Shown: positions 39,105 through 53,514 of the stretch, in pieces
Layout: every line of letters starts with the position of its first letter
How positions within the stretch are numbered: the first letter of the stretch is position 1
NCBI GenBank assembly: GCA_965153355.1
Contig: OZ231126.1
Location: 26,102,001 to 26,166,000, forward strand
DNA: 64,000 nt
Direction of reading: 5' to 3'
From: Flaccisagitta enflata
Lineage: Eukaryota
Made by a program: the position numbers and the translations under genes
The notes under the pieces: model-generated
Databases searched by the model: none
What the model was told of the DNA's origin: nothing
What the model saw: the letters and a program-made list of their open reading frames with translations, nothing else

Positions 39105-39418
39105 AAACAAGGCCAACACCTATAATTCGCGTGCGAGACTTAAACTATTACTTTATAACATAACCACATCACTTCATTGAATTTTATTGACATAAGATAA
39201 TTCAAAATGACCTAAAATAACTTAAGTTGACTTAAACTGACTTAAAATGACCTAAAATGACTTAAAATGATCTAATCTGACTTAAAATGACCTAATTGAC
39301 TTAAAATGAGTTAGTAGGAATAAAGCGAATAAAAAAAGTAAAGTGTGACGGACCAACCGACCAACCGACCGACGGACAAAGCGGGGTGTAGAGTGGCGTA
39401 GCACGCGACTAAAAAAAA
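39105..39418 (-). mobile_element. HINE family A with internal 10-bp repeats (CTTAAAATGA)
   Basis: AAACAAGGCC start, (GACC)n, GCACGCGACTAAAA end. Confidence 0.7.
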
Positions 39419-39558
39419 TACTCTACTGGAATCCTTATTGGATAACCCATTCAGACAGGTATTTTAACCAGCCAAAGCAGGAAAAGATATTAATCAAAAA
39501 TAAATAAAACAATTAAAAGAGTAAGGTTCCTTATTTCAGATGAGTGAGCTATCAATTT

Positions 39559-39642
<84 letters not shown>

Positions 39643-40941
39643 AGCGCAATGCGCATGATTTTACACTTTTTGACTTGATCATTATTGATAGATAGATAGA
39701 CAGACCGACTGATCGATGGACCAACCGATCAACCGACTGACCATTGGATGAACGCAGTCTCCGATGGAATCGAAAGTCTCCGAGTAAAAAGTAGAGAATG
39801 AGCTGACATCGGCCCCAAACAGCTTGTAGATCGCAAGGATTACCAGTAATGTTGGCTGTCGCCGTGTGGAAAAAAGTCGTAAGCATTGGTCACATTTCAC
39901 CAAGTTTTGTATTCCGTCACTGCAATTCTTTTTTATTTGTTAGATCAAATCAAGAGCATATGTATGTAATGTCTGCACTGAAAATCAGAGAAAAATAGAA
40001 CTGTGACAAATGTGCTAGATGAGCCAAAATACTGAAAATCACTTAACCGGCGACCAACTATACTTACTAACATGCTAAATGAGCTTACATACTCAAAAAC
40101 ACCCTCATAGATGAGGAGCTATACTCACTGACAAGCTTTATTGTATTTGCATGCTCAAACGTGTATCAAAACATTTTCATCTGTCTCGATTAAATTCCGA
40201 TAAAAAAATTGAGCTAAATGAGCTAATTGAGCTAGAATACTGAAAAACACCCTGACAGATAAGCAGCTATGTTCATAAACATGTTTTCTTGCATTTGCAT
40301 GCTCAAACAAATATCAATACACTTTTTTATTGATCCAACACAAAATCACAGAAAATCGCAACAAATTCAATTTAAATTTTTCATAAAAGAGATATCAAAG
40401 AATTCATAACTCTAAAAATATTTGTCCAAGAACATTCTGCTTGGCGGCAAATGTAAGAGAATTTTTAAATTTACTCAGCCTTTCAATTTCATCCAAAAGA
40501 TCAATTGCTTGATCAAGAGCCTCAACTTTCCAATAAGACAATGGAAACCATGTTTCTCTGGAATATGACAAAAAGTCGACTGACTTCGACTTTTTGGGGG
40601 TTGGCCGCCCCTGCCCACCCGTCCGCAACGATATTGTGACCCCGCGTCACTTGTTTTTCACTCATTATAGTCATAAGAATTGAAATTTGAAAGTCGAAAG
40701 CTTGGAATGGAAAACCATGCTGCTTGTAAATATATTATGTTGAAGAGGCCTAGTTGAAGCTTCTTTACTCTATAATGTTCCATGTTACACCGCTTTTAGA
40801 TCGAAATGTCGCGAAAAGAAGATATATTACTCATAAAATACTTAAGACAACTACTTGATTCTTTTTTTCTGTGATAGATAATTTGATTAAGTTTTGTTAC
40901 AAAAAAGAATTAAAGCCCCAGTATTGAAATATTCGCTCTTA

Positions 40942-41504
40942 CAGTATGTTTCATCTCGACTGTAACATTTCATGACAATGTAGCTCCAAAAGTATTAAAG
41001 ATAATTCAATTCTGTAAAAAATATCTAAAAGATAATACTTTAGCATTTAATGTTTATCAATTCCTAGGACTTTTTGACAAAAATTGGACGCTTTTATCAC
41101 ATAGCTAGCTAGATCGCACAAAATGCAAAAAATGTTATTTTCTTTATATTTCTGAGGTATTAATCAATAGGCTTTTTTTCTTTTTCATTATTTACTAACT
41201 ACAATTAAATTTCTCTCATTTAAGACCAATCTGGCATCAGTAGCTAAAACTGTTTGAAAATAAGAGCAATTTAAGGAAAGACAGTATAACCAGCAAAATA
41301 ATAGAATATCTTTTTTTTGCATAGCATATTTTCCAGCTCATAATGTTTTTAAAGGCTGATATTTCTTTAAAAAAAGTCCTAGGAATTATTGATAACAAAA
41401 TGCTAAAATATTATCTTCCAGATGTTTTTTACAGAATTGAATTATCTTTATTACTTTTGGAGCTACACCATCATGAAATGTTACAGTCGAGATGAAACAT
41501 ACTG
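40942..41504. mobile_element. Tc1/mariner-type MITE
   Basis: TA|CAGTATGTTTCATCTCGACTGTAAC ... GTTACAGTCGAGATGAAACATACTG|TA; arms about 135 bp. Confidence 0.9.
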
Positions 41505-41874
41505 TAATTTCATGACAGATATTAGTCGATTTCAGCCAAAAATAGCCTTTTTCCATGGAAAAAAGAGGTTAGACAGCAGCAGTGCTTCTTTTTTTCAACA
41601 AGAGTGGTCCAACAGTGTTGGCTATGAGGAATTAATGAAGTTTTGTTTGAAATACTGAAAGATTTGACTGATGATTGATTTTGACCCCAAAACACTGCAA
41701 AAACCTCAAGATTTGGGAAAATTTTGAAAAATTGTCAGCAAATTGTTCAAAATTAAAATCAGTGAGACCATTTTTTCCTTACAACATAATCTACATTAAA
41801 TTCTCTTGAATTCAAGACCAAGCTCAGCAATTCAGCTCAATTTGTGTGGAAATGACAACTATCAAATATAATTA

Positions 41875-42767
41875 AGAATAGTCGCAAAAGCGTTACATGT
41901 TCAGCGGTACCCGATGCCCCTATGTTAGTTTATTTTGTTATTAGATGATGAGTGGGGCAGCGGCCCCGGAGGGGCCAATGACCTATGATTCCATGCTGGA
42001 CAATTGCTGGGTCTTTAATACCTAATTTTGGGTCTAAATAGCCTGATTTGAGGTCTTAGTTGCCTGATTTAAGGTCTAAGATGCCTGATTTGAGGTTTGA
42101 GAGGTTTCAGAAGCTTGTTTTGGAGCTTAGAGGCCTGATCTTGGGTCTAATTCAGGGTCGGAGGCCTGTTTGTAGGCTGGGAAGGGCTGATGTGGGTCTG
42201 ATAGGCCTAGTTTGAGGTCTCAAAGATCTGATTTTGGGTTTGAAAGGCCAGATTTGGATCTGAGAGAACTGAAGTAAGTACTGAAATGCCTGAATTAGGG
42301 TCTGAGAGGCCTGATTTGAGGTCTGAATGGCCTGATCAGAGGCTCAAAAGGCCTGATAAGGGGTCTGTCAAGGCCTGATTTTAGATCTGAAAGGCCTGAT
42401 TGGGGTTCTTAGAGGCCTGGTTAGGATTCAGGAGGCCTAATTTGAGGTCTGGAAAGCCTGACTTGGGGTCTGACAGGCCTGATTGAGGCTCTGAGAGGCC
42501 TAAATTGAGGTCTGGAAGGCCTGATTTGGGATCTGATAGGCCAGATTAAGGTCCTGAGAGGCCTAGGTTGGGGTCTGGAAGCTCTGATTTTTGATCTGAT
42601 AGGCCTGATTGGGGGTCTGAAGGGCCTATTTTGACGCCCAGGAGGTTCTTTTCTAGGCTCGAGGGGGGGACAGACGGACGGACGGACGGACGAACGGACG
42701 GAAACCGGAAAATTTGCCCTATGTGGAATCATAGGTCATCGGCCCCTCCGGGGCCGCTGCCCAAAAA
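41875..42767 (-). mobile_element. HINE family B variant with long, about 21-bp central array
   Basis: GGGCAGCGGCCCCGGAGGGGCC.ATGACCTATGATTCC subTIR pair; array at 42020-42630; (GACG)n. Confidence 0.8.
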
Positions 42768-43263
42768 GTGGGTGGGAAAAAATCCTTCTATGTTAAACAT
42801 GCAATATTCATTTACTGTGAGTAGGCGTCTAAAATTTTTTAGTTGGTGGGACATTCTTTGCTTGTAGCAAAACTTAATCAAATTATCTATCAGGAGAAAA
42901 AAGAAAAAAGTAATTACTATGAATAGTTTTGGAGTAATATATCTTCTTTTCGCGACATTTCGATCAAAAAGCGGTGTACCAACAAGTCAGGAAGTCCAAT
43001 TGTGACGAACACAGTCGGATACTCGGTCGATACTCCAATCGCGTTCTGGCTATGGGCTTTGATGAATGAGGTCACACTGAGGCAGGAAGAACGCCCAGAT
43101 ACGACAGAAAAAAAAGTGCATGTGTGTGATGGAAGGACAAACCGACGGACGGACGGATTGATATGGCGAATCATTGAGTTGTGTGCACGCGACTAAAAAT
43201 GATAACGGTAGGAAAATGACCAAATTAAGACGGATGGAATGATATGAGTACACATAGATAAGA

Positions 43264-43641
43264 CATGAACATTAGGCTGGACTCATTTTAGGCTTTGGAA
43301 AGAAAAATTGTCTCCAAGCAATTTTCATGTTCCACTTGTATATTTAGAGGCCTATCTACTTGCAAAATAAATTTGGACTTGATCTTGTCAGATCGTCATC
43401 AATGCTGTAGTTGTATAGAATTGATCGCTGTAGTTGTGAAAGAAATTTCTCCTATAGTAATTCTATACAACTACAGCATTGATGACGTTCTGACTAGATC
43501 AAGTCTAAATTTATTTTGTTTGTAGATAGGCCTCTAATTATACATGTGGACCATGAAAATTGCTTGGAGATAGGTTTTTTTTTCTTTTTTTCTTTTTTTT
43601 TTTTATTGTGTGCCCAGATTGAATCCAGCCTAATGAACATG
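43264..43641. mobile_element. Palindromic (foldback) MITE-like element
   Basis: Inverted arms of about 160 bp (CATG..CATTAGGCTGGA / TCCAGCCTAATG..CATG). Confidence 0.75.
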
Positions 43642-46216
43642 GTGATTAAAAACATGTTGAACATGCATTCAATCTGCAATAAATGGGAAAAATGGAGCAA
43701 GAGCGGGAAGAAAACTTTCTAAAAATTTGAATTGCTTTTGCAGTTCAAGATGAGTTCAATGGGACTAAGCCAAATCCGCGAATTCTTTTCTTAACTTTTG
43801 ATTTTTTTTGGGATCTTTGAACCATTTGGAAAATTCCAAAAAGTGGGGGTCTGATTTGGCACTTAACAATAACGGTAGGATAACTCAATTTGTGGCAACT
43901 TTCAGACTTGATAGGAAAAGTCTGAATAGATTTTTAGATGTAATTTCGAATTAAGTTGCACTGACATTCGGAGGAAACCCGCAAAAACGGATGTCAATGG
44001 TGAATTACTGCTGTTGCCAATATAAGAAATAAAAAATGACATAAGGGACCAAAATTTTGAACTCATTGTGGGTGGATTTCCATAACTCCTGGGTCTGTTA
44101 TATCGGAAGTGAAACATTCTAATGTTTGGTGATCGTTTGCCAAGAATCTCGACCTTGACTTTCAAAGGAACAGCTACGTAATTCTAATTTTTTATCGATG
44201 ATGCGTTCAGATTCGACTAACCAAGCAACAAATTGAAACATGGAGAAAAATGAATTGTCGGATTCTACGAAGCGTTTACAAGACGGCCCTTTAAGTTACT
44301 CTAGTTACTGACAAACAGGATAGGTATCAAGGGTTGGGTAACATCAACTTTAAGGGCAGGATTAAGGGCTATCATGAAGAAAATCTATTAGGCAATTTCT
44401 CCTATAAAGTGGGCCAGCTGAAAAACATGATTTGGCAAGCAAAAAAACACAGTTTTACCTCACCTATCATTTTGTTGATAATAGAAGCTGTTCTGACACA
44501 TCCCCTGGAACCAAGTGTCTAACATACATGCTTCATAATCAAGATTTTGATAGATTAGGTGGCCAAAAAGAGAGCCAAATAAGCCTATTTTCCCTGTCAC
44601 ACTTGTGTCACACTTCATATCTACTAAGATAAAGACACCAAGAAATTGTCAAGCTTATCCAACTATGGGTCATTTTTGTACCATTACTATCCCTAAAGAA
44701 ACACCAAAAATTTCATGGTGATCGGTGGTCATTTACTATGGAAAAAGTTTGCTCATAGTTGATTTGGCAAATATGAAAAAATATTCAATCTTGATAAAGA
44801 AATATGCTGTACACAAAAAAGCATACTTTTAAGTGTGATGGAAAATTTTTTTTCCCCCTGTTTAGTAAAGACATAACCCAGGTTACATACCAAATTTCAG
44901 ACCTTCATATCTGTTCTAGCCAGAGATATTGATTTTTTAGAAAAGTGTCCTATCGAGTTAACACCTTGTCACACTATGTCACACTGTTTTTCATAAAAAG
45001 TCATATGATTAAACACACTTTAAGACTTTAAGTGATTTTTTCAGTATGACTTGAAAAAGTATCAAATTCTGAGCCTAGAATCAAAATTTCAAGCTGATAG
45101 ATGCAACTATCATTGAATTATATTATTTTTTTCAATGTTAACTCAATCAGGCACTTATTTTTTGCCGGCCCGGTTTATAGGAGAAACTGCCATTAGCAAA
45201 ATAAGAATTTTGAAAAATCAGCCAATTCTCATGGTGCCGATTAGGGTTTTAATTCAGTTTATGGTAGAGTTGGCTTTGGGGTAGCCAAACAACCAATGGC
45301 CACCTACCACTAACTTGAATATTAGAATATAAGTGCGCGTCGTTTCACATTTTATTCTTAGACTGCCTGCTGTTTCATGATTAACTAGTTCTGATTCAGC
45401 TTACAGAGCCGACCATGAAAAACTCTTCTAGCGATGGACTGACTATCATGACCGATAAAAAGTGAACTCAAAAGTCTTTCATACTTACATATTTTTTGTA
45501 CAGTACGCACTTTTTTTCTTATCGGGTAAAAAAGTGACAACTTTAGCCGCTATAACTGTCGGTCAGATGGTCGATCCGTCGGTCCGTAACACTTTGGCAT
45601 TTATGGACATTTATGGGCATTTATGGGCGTCTTTGGCTTTACTGCTCCTGCCTTAATGCTTGATTGGCCTTTTTATGACTGCCCCTGCCCGCCAACCCGC
45701 ACGCGAATTTGGGTAGCCGTGTATTAGGCCTTGTTTAGTTCTAACCTCTTCGGCTTTGATATTGATTCAGATAGAGAAGATAGCCTTCAAAATTGTGGAA
45801 GTCTGTGTTCATTTGTTTTTGAAGTTCCAAGATTTGCAAAGAGAGTTCGCCTTTCTGAGCATGTTTAGCGTGTCACAAGAAAACAAAAGAACAATGGGCA
45901 AAAACGTTACACGTACTTCATTGAAAATTTGAAGCAGTATGTTTTGGGGTTAGGTTGAGAGGAATGTTTTTCAGATTCTGTTTTATGGAAAACTAGGAGT
46001 GGTGCGCGTAATAACTAGTCAGTGAGGGTTCACAAGGCCCTCTTCCATTTATTTCAGTTTGGGATAGTGAGGGATATTGTTCCACTTTTCATATATATGC
46101 ATAGTGCGAAGACTTATGCAAGAAACGATTTACAAGTGAATGAAACATAAATGGGTAATGATAAGCATGGTGAGGAAAACCCAAAACGAGGCACACATTG
46201 GAGGCGAATCCACAAA

Positions 46217-46315
<99 letters not shown>

Positions 46316-46361
46316 TCTCTCTCTCTCACCGTGCCACTCGCATACAGACGGAGTACGTGCG

Positions 46362-47152
46362 TACGTACACTACGTCAATTGAAACGCCCCAAAGTTAAAC
46401 ATTGGCTCACACCAGTCTTACCATAGACGAGGCTTGGTAAAAAAATATCTCATGCAAATTTTCAGGCCTCTGGGATAGGGGGAACCTTCGTTAGGATGAC
46501 CATGAAGTTTCCATAGAAATCTATGGCAGAGACAAAATTTGCATAATAGAAATACACTTTTTATTTTTTATAAGAACCTAGTTTATAAGAACATCAAGGC
46601 TTCAAATTGCCCAAAAATTAAGAACATCTTAAGAACATATAAAGGCTTCAAATTCAAAAAGAAAATTTTTTTCTTACAATAAGATTTTTGAAATATTGAT
46701 GAAATACTTGAAATTAGAAAATATACAATAAAATTCTGTTATTTCTAATATAAATATGATAAAAATATCCTTTGACTTTACAATTTAGTATCTATTTTAA
46801 CAGCTATTATTAAAAATACATTTTTCTTATTATTAATAGTGAATTAAAAGGTTTACTATAATTTATCTGTTATCTAGAATTAAGAACGCTCTAAGAACAT
46901 TGAAGGCTTGATTTTACCTTAAAAATAAGAACATGAAGCCTTTGGAAAAAAAATGACGTTCTTATAAAAAATAAAAAGTGTATTGATTCCAATGCTAATT
47001 CAATGCAAACTTCAACCTCACCCTAACGAAGGTTCCTGCTATCTGAGAGGCCCAAAATTTTGCATGGAATATTTTCTTACCAAGCCTCAACTGTGGTAAG
47101 ATTGGTGAAAGCCATAGTCGAAGTTTGGGGCGCTTCATGGTACGTAACGTAC
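46362..47152. mobile_element. Palindromic MITE-like element hosting the 46555-46980 MITE
   Basis: 46362-46520 is an inverted copy of 46995-47152. Confidence 0.75.
46555..46980. mobile_element. TA-flanked MITE, same family as 811-1228
   Basis: TA|CACTTTTTATTTTTTATAAGAAC ... GTTCTTATAAAAAATAAAAAGTG|TA. Confidence 0.9.
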
Positions 47153-47166
47153 ACACACACATGTTC

Positions 47167-47232
<66 letters not shown>

Positions 47233-47272
47233 TCCTTCGTTTCTTTCTTTTTGTTTCTATTTTTTTTCTCTA

Positions 47273-47538
47273 TTTTTAGTTGCGGACACGCAACTCTATA
47301 AGAGGCTTTGTCCGTCCGTTGGTCCGTCGGTCCGTTGGTCCGTCGGTCCGTGACCACGAGTCGAAAAGTGGGAAAACGAGCGTTTTTGAAGCTTTTTGTG
47401 TATGGGTCTGAGTTGGGAAGGTGGTTGGGTGGGGCATTGGATGTGGAAGGTGGTTGGGTGGGGCATTGGGTGTGGATGGGGGTTGGCTGCCCCTGCCCAC
47501 CCGTCCGCAACGATATTGTGACCCCGCGTCACTTGTTT
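47273..47538 (+). mobile_element. HINE family A variant (similar copy at 59847-60089)
   Basis: TTTTTAGTTGCGGACACGCAACT hairpin, (GGTCCGTC)n, GTGACCCCGCGTCACTTGTTT end. Confidence 0.85.
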
Positions 47539-47684
47539 CTCTATTGCTCTATCCTCCGTTTGCCTTTATTTTCCCCTTCTTTACTTTTTCCCTTGACTAA
47601 CCTGATTGTTTCTCTCAGCTTTTCAATTTCCACTTTTCTTCGTCCTTCTTAGCAAAGAAGGTCTTTGGGGAGGAAAAGCGGAAC

Positions 47685-48800
47685 ATGTGTGGATGAAGAA
47701 AAAGAAAATGAAGTAAAGATGTAAAGAAATAGGTGAAGAAAATGTGGATGAAGAAAGAGAAAATGAAGAAAAGATGTAGAGAAATAGGTGAAGAACATGT
47801 GGATGAAGAAATAGAAAATGAAGAAAAGATGTTGAAAAATAAGTGAAGAATATGTGGATGAAGAAAGAGAAAATGAAAAAAGGATGTTGAAAAATAGGTG
47901 AAGAATATGTAGATGAAGAAAGAGAAAATGAAGAAAAAATGTAGAGAAAGAGGTGAAGAATATGTGGATGAAGAAATAGAGAATGAAGAAAAGATGTAGA
48001 GAAATAGGTGAAGAATATGTGGATGAAGAAATAGAAAATGAAGAAAAGATGTTGAGAAATAGGTGACGAATATGTGGATGAAGAAAGAAAAAATGAAGCA
48101 AAGATGTAAAGAAAAAGGTGAATAACGTGTGGATGAAGGAAAAGAAAATGAAGACAATATGTAAAGAAAATATGTAAAGAAATAGGTGAAGAACATGTGG
48201 ATTACGCCGATTGCATCCCAGACTTTGCTGAATCGCTCTTATGTGCCCCCTTCATCATGTGACACTCACGATTTTATTTCAAACAAGCCAATGCGCAGCT
48301 TTCTAGCTTGATGGGAACCTTTTTTAGGGTCAATTTGAAACTAACAAAGAAAATAAACAGATTTTCCTAAGGGGATTCTTACGAGGATTTTTTCCCATGT
48401 ATTTCAATGTAAACTTTAAACGGGCCCTAAAAAAGGTTCCCATCAAGCTAGAAAGCTGAGCATTGGCTTGTTTGAAATAATACGCGAGTGTCGCGTTATA
48501 AAGGGGGCACATAAGAGCATAATGTGGATAAAAAAAGAGAAAATGAAGAAAAGATGTAGAGAAATAAGCGAATAACTTGTGGATGAAGAAAAAGAAAAGG
48601 AAGAGAGGAGGTCCAGAATAAGGTGAAGTACATGTGAATGAAGAATAAGAAAATGAAGAGAGGAGGTAGAGGAATAGGTGAATAACATTTGGATGAAGAA
48701 ATAGAAAATGAAGAAAGAAGGTAAAGAAAATTTTGAACATGCGGATGAAAAAATGGAGAGAGGAAGTAGAAAAGTACGTAATGAGTATGTGGATGAAGAA
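47685..48800. repeat. 55-bp purine-rich minisatellite
   Basis: GAATATGTGGATGAAG recurs at 47958, 48013 and 48068. Confidence 0.9.
48235..48518. mobile_element. Palindromic MITE within the 55-bp array
   Basis: GCTCTTATGTGCCCCCTT / AAGGGGGCACATAAGAGC; arms about 100 bp. Confidence 0.8.
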
Positions 48801-48966
48801 CAAGTGACGCGGGGTCACAATATCGTTGCGGACGGGTGGGCAGGGGCATCCAACCCCCATCTACACTTAAACCCAAACCCTCACTCAAAAACACAAAGAG
48901 TATCTAAAATGTGTGTGAAAGCATAGGTCATCGATAAGGTGGGCCGCTGACCAAAAGGTGGAATGA

Positions 48967-49470
48967 GAGGCGGGTAAGTCGGTAGTCAGAGGCGGGTAAG
49001 TTGGTAGTCAGAGGCAAGTAAGTCAGTAGTCAGAGGCGGGTGAGTTGGTAGTCAGAGGCGGGTAAGTCGGTAGTCAGAGGCGGGTTAGTTAGTAGCCCAA
49101 GGCGGGCAAGTCGGTAGTCCGAGGTGGTTAGTCGGTAATCAGAGGTGGGTAAGTCTGTAGTCAGAGGCGGGTAAGTCTGTAGTCAGAGGCGGGTGAGTCG
49201 GTAGTCAGAGGCGGGATAGTCGGTAGTCAGAGGCGGGTAAGTCGGTAGTCAGAGGCGGGTGAGTCGGTAGTCAGAGGCGGGCAAGTTGGTAGTCAGAGGC
49301 GGGTTAGTCGGTAGTCAGAGGCGGGATAGTCGGTAGTCAGAGGCGGGTAAGTCGGTAGTCAGAGGCGGGTAAGTCGGTAGTCAGGGGGGGGTGAGTCGGT
49401 AGTCAGAGGCGGGTGAGTTGGTAGTCAGAGGCGGGCAACTCGGTAGTCAGAGGCGGGTGAGTCGGCAGTC
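48967..49470. repeat. 22-bp minisatellite (AGTCAGAGGCGGGTAAGTCGGT)
   Basis: About 23 tandem units. Confidence 0.95.
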
Positions 49471-50540
49471 ACTCCGGGTTACCAAGAAACACTTTTAATC
49501 ATAGTCCTCGCAGCCTTTTTTCTCGTGAGCAAATTTTCCTCTCCTTCTTGCTGGGATTGGGTTTGAACTTTGCCCTCGCTTTCTTTTTCTTCTTTTTTTC
49601 CTTTCCTTTCTTTGAATCTTTTCCCTATTTCTTCACCATCACTTTGACTTTTTTCCTCCTCTCTTTTAAAAATTTCCATCTTTTACCCCTTTTGAAACTT
49701 TTTTCAACTTCGATTTCTCCGATTTTCTCGTCCATCTTTTTAACAGTTGTGACTTTCCCAATTTTATCAGAACAGTGATACTGATGGTGCTGTTAGCCTG
49801 TTACAACCAGGTCCCTACTTTGAATAGGTCTTTGCTCTGCCCCTGCCCAAAGTGCCCATTTGAAATCCCAAAATGCAATGATACCCTCCATCCTTGAGTC
49901 ACTTGAGCTTCACTGAGCGCATACCACTCGGCTAAGAAAAAAAGACGCACCTGTTTATAAATTGATATAACAGGTATATGAATTATTTATAACTTTTTTC
50001 AAAGAAAAGATTTTCAAAAATTTTTTCAATCTAGACCAATCCCACCTCTATATCTCGAACGGTTTAGAAGCTAGAGCTTGGCAAAGAGAAGCACTAATTT
50101 GCTAAAATGCATTTTTACATAGCGATTGCAAAACTGAAATGGGCAAAATTTTCACTCAAACTAATACCATTTCTAAACGTAAACAGATAGCAATACCAGA
50201 TTGGCGTCAAATGAAAGTACAGTGGAGCACCGCAAAAGCACACCCACTAATATGGCATGCCCGCCTATAAAGCATCCAACCTACAATACCATAAGAGATT
50301 TTGTAATTATTTGTATATTGGCTATAAGGTAGCTTCACTATAAGGCATAATTTTACACAGTCTCTTGGAATGCGCTCTCGTAAAGCTCAACTGTACTGTA
50401 CTTTCAAAGGGCTTTCAGATGACTTAAGATTTTAATAGGTTTTTTTCATTCATAAGTAAAATTAGCCATCTAAAAGTGCGTCTTATTTTTTAGTCGTATG
50501 GTACATGTACCAAGGGACAGCTGTTTATTGCCAACATAGA

Positions 50541-50737
50541 AAACAAGGCCGGATACACGGCTACCCCATTCGCGTGCAAGTGGGCAGGGGCCATAATTGA
50601 GGTCAGTGGAACATTTGGGCAGGAGCAATAGGGCCAAAACCCCTATCAACGCCAAAAAAGTAAAATGTGACCAACGGACGGACCGACGGACCGACCGTCA
50701 ATGCGGGGTGTAGAGTCGCGTAGCACGCGACTAAAAA
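50541..50737 (-). mobile_element. HINE family A
   Basis: Complete structure with AGTCGCGTAGCACGCGACT hairpin; further partial copies at about 45510-45736, 51724-51832, 55562-55720 and 57777-58000. Confidence 0.85.
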
Positions 50738-52133
50738 TCTTGCCTTGTTGTAGGTGAGAAAACTGAACAGACCATAGTAGCGGGTTTGCTACAGCGGTGC
50801 TCCACCGTTTCCCATCGCGATGTCATCATGCCCATCATCATCTTTCACATTGGCTCTCACTGCATCCCAAAGCAATCCCATCACAAGAACATCTGTAATA
50901 ACCATTGATCATTTCAGAAAAACTCACATTCTTAATCAAAACGAACCTGTATCAGAGCATTCAGAGTTACTTATTAAAGCTAAAATAATAACTTTTATTT
51001 TTTGTTGAAGATATCTTGAACGTTGAAGAGCACAAAACAAGAAAAGATAACTACTCCTTTCAGTTTCCTCTAAAATGAGAAAATTCTGTCTCTGAAAAAA
51101 ATTTTTATGATGCAGTTTAAACACTGTAAACTGTTGTTTAAGGGATCCAAAGTTTTCTGCAATGTGAGGATTCACTTCCCACCACAAAAAAATCCCTCTA
51201 AAGAGTTCGAAGTCCGGCAAAGCAGCTAATCAGTTAAGTGACTTTTAAAACTGATCTTAGTTGCATTTTCGTCCCATTGCTACTACGCAGAGAGCCGCGG
51301 GGACGGCTGCAGTGGCGGCGGAGAGAGAGAGAGAGAGAGAGGTGCAGTGAGACAGAGAGACAGAGACATAAAGACAGGCAAACACAAACACACACAAACA
51401 CTCACAAACACTCACACAGGGTAGCACAGAGAAAAATTGACAGACAGACAGATAGACAAATGGACAGATAGTCACAAAAGCAGACATAGCTTCATCCACA
51501 AGTAGGCAGTCAGGGACAAACAGTGAGTGTCAGACTGAGACAAAAATGCCAAGAGAGTAAGGTTAGAAAGACGGGTAGAAAGATACAAACAGTACCAAAT
51601 GTAGAGATAGACAGAAAGAGACGCAAGCAGAGCAGAGACGGGTCACAAGGATACCGAGACAGACATATGAAGATAAGGTGGAGTGGATGGCGATGGTGGC
51701 AGCGGCTACTCCCAGGTACTTGTCTTTTTAGTCGGTTAGTCGGTTGGTCGGTCGGTCGGTCGGTCGGTCACATTTCTGTTTTCTGCTCCTGCCCACCCGT
51801 CCGCGACCGGGGGAAGTATATACGGCCTTGTTAAGAATCTAGGTTAGATAGGCAAATGTCAATGACACTTGTGTCAGTTCGGTTGGTCAGGGGCGATGAA
51901 GCATGAAACCAAATCTTGAAAAAAGCCTATAAAGTAAGCATTACAATCTACTTAATCGACCAACCTTCCCACCGTCCATACGACGTGCTATAAACACGCT
52001 TTAACAGTGAGATGTCTGTTTGTCAATTTTTCTTTCTCAGTCTCTCAATGTCTATCTCTGCCTTTCTGTCTTTTTGTTTTCTGTCTGTCTGTCTGCCTGT
52101 CGCTTTGTCTCTCAATATTTCTGTCTCTCTATA

Positions 52134-52281
<148 letters not shown>

Positions 52282-52339
52282 CTCGTTTTTTTTAATCTTC
52301 CAAAGGAAAGAATGAGACTGTAACTCAACTAAAACGCAT

Positions 52340-52770
52340 CTTAGTGTCGTCATTTCGTCATCTTCGTCATTATCGTGGTCGTCATTGCCGTCGTCGCCGT
52401 TTCCGCCCGCCGGACGTCGCCGCAGCACCCGCGTTGACGGCCCTTATCGACCCTGATTGGACACCGTATCACAGCTGCTTGTTCCTCATTGGCTAGAAAG
52501 CCTTACTCTTTAGACGTCACAAGATCATGTTCTCAGCAATAACAGCAACAACCGCGCGGCTGCGACGAAGAAGCAAAAAAATCCTTAAAAAAAGAAGAAA
52601 ATTACGAGGATAAAAAGTAAAATAGATGGTAATAAAAACGCGTTTTAAAAAACGCTGCGGCAGCTGACGGCCGGCGGCACGACCGACCCGCAGCGCGGCG
52701 CCGCAGCGGCCGTCCTCCTCCGCGTCAGCAGCGGCGAAGAACTCAGCAGTTAATATCCTCTCCAGCTGAC
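52340..52770. promoter_or_regulatory. CpG-rich promoter/enhancer-like island
   Basis: High GC and CpG; ATTGG at 52456 and 52488; GACGTCA at 52513; CAGCTG E-boxes at 52472, 52661 and 52763. Confidence 0.4.
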
Positions 52771-53422
52771 AAGGAGTCATTTTTCATATCAGTACGATTC
52801 TTCGGAGGAACTGATGGACTTCTTTTCCTCGCTCTTTCTTTCTTCGTTTCTGTCTCTGTCTCTGTCTCATTTCGGATTCACTCTCTGTTTTCCTCGCTAT
52901 CTCTATCTCTCTCTTCCTCGTGTGTTCGCGGGCGCGTGTGGATTTACGGGCGCCTCCAGTCATGGGAGTCGAAATGGGGAAAGGGAATCCGAGCGAGAGA
53001 GAGTCAGAGCAAATAACGAGGGAAGAAGACGACGAAGGGGAAGAGATAGCGCCACCCTGGAGTAAAAAAAGTAAAATAAATCATTCATCGACTTACGTTG
53101 TCTCTGTTGCGCACTTTCTCTCTCTTTCCGCCTGTTTGTCCGTCTTGAAGCTGATTGTCTGTCATTCACTTGTATGTCTCTTCGTTTTGCTGTCTTTTTC
53201 TGTCTGTGTATCCGCCTGCTTGATTTCATCTATGTTATCATCTGGATATTTTTGTCAGTATATCCTATCCCGTGTGTCAGCCCGTCTGCTTGTTTTCTTC
53301 TTCATAAAACTGCGTTTTTATGACTCTTTCCCATGTCAGTCAGTTTGTTTGTCAGTCTTGCCGTCTGTCTCTGTCACTGCTTTTGTCTCTTTTCGGTCCG
53401 TCTGACTCCCTCTGTCTGTCTG

Positions 53423-53514
<92 letters not shown>

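Noticed and set aside
52467-52490. miR-2-like start TATCACAGC
   Set aside because: 3' half does not match and there is no convincing precursor hairpin
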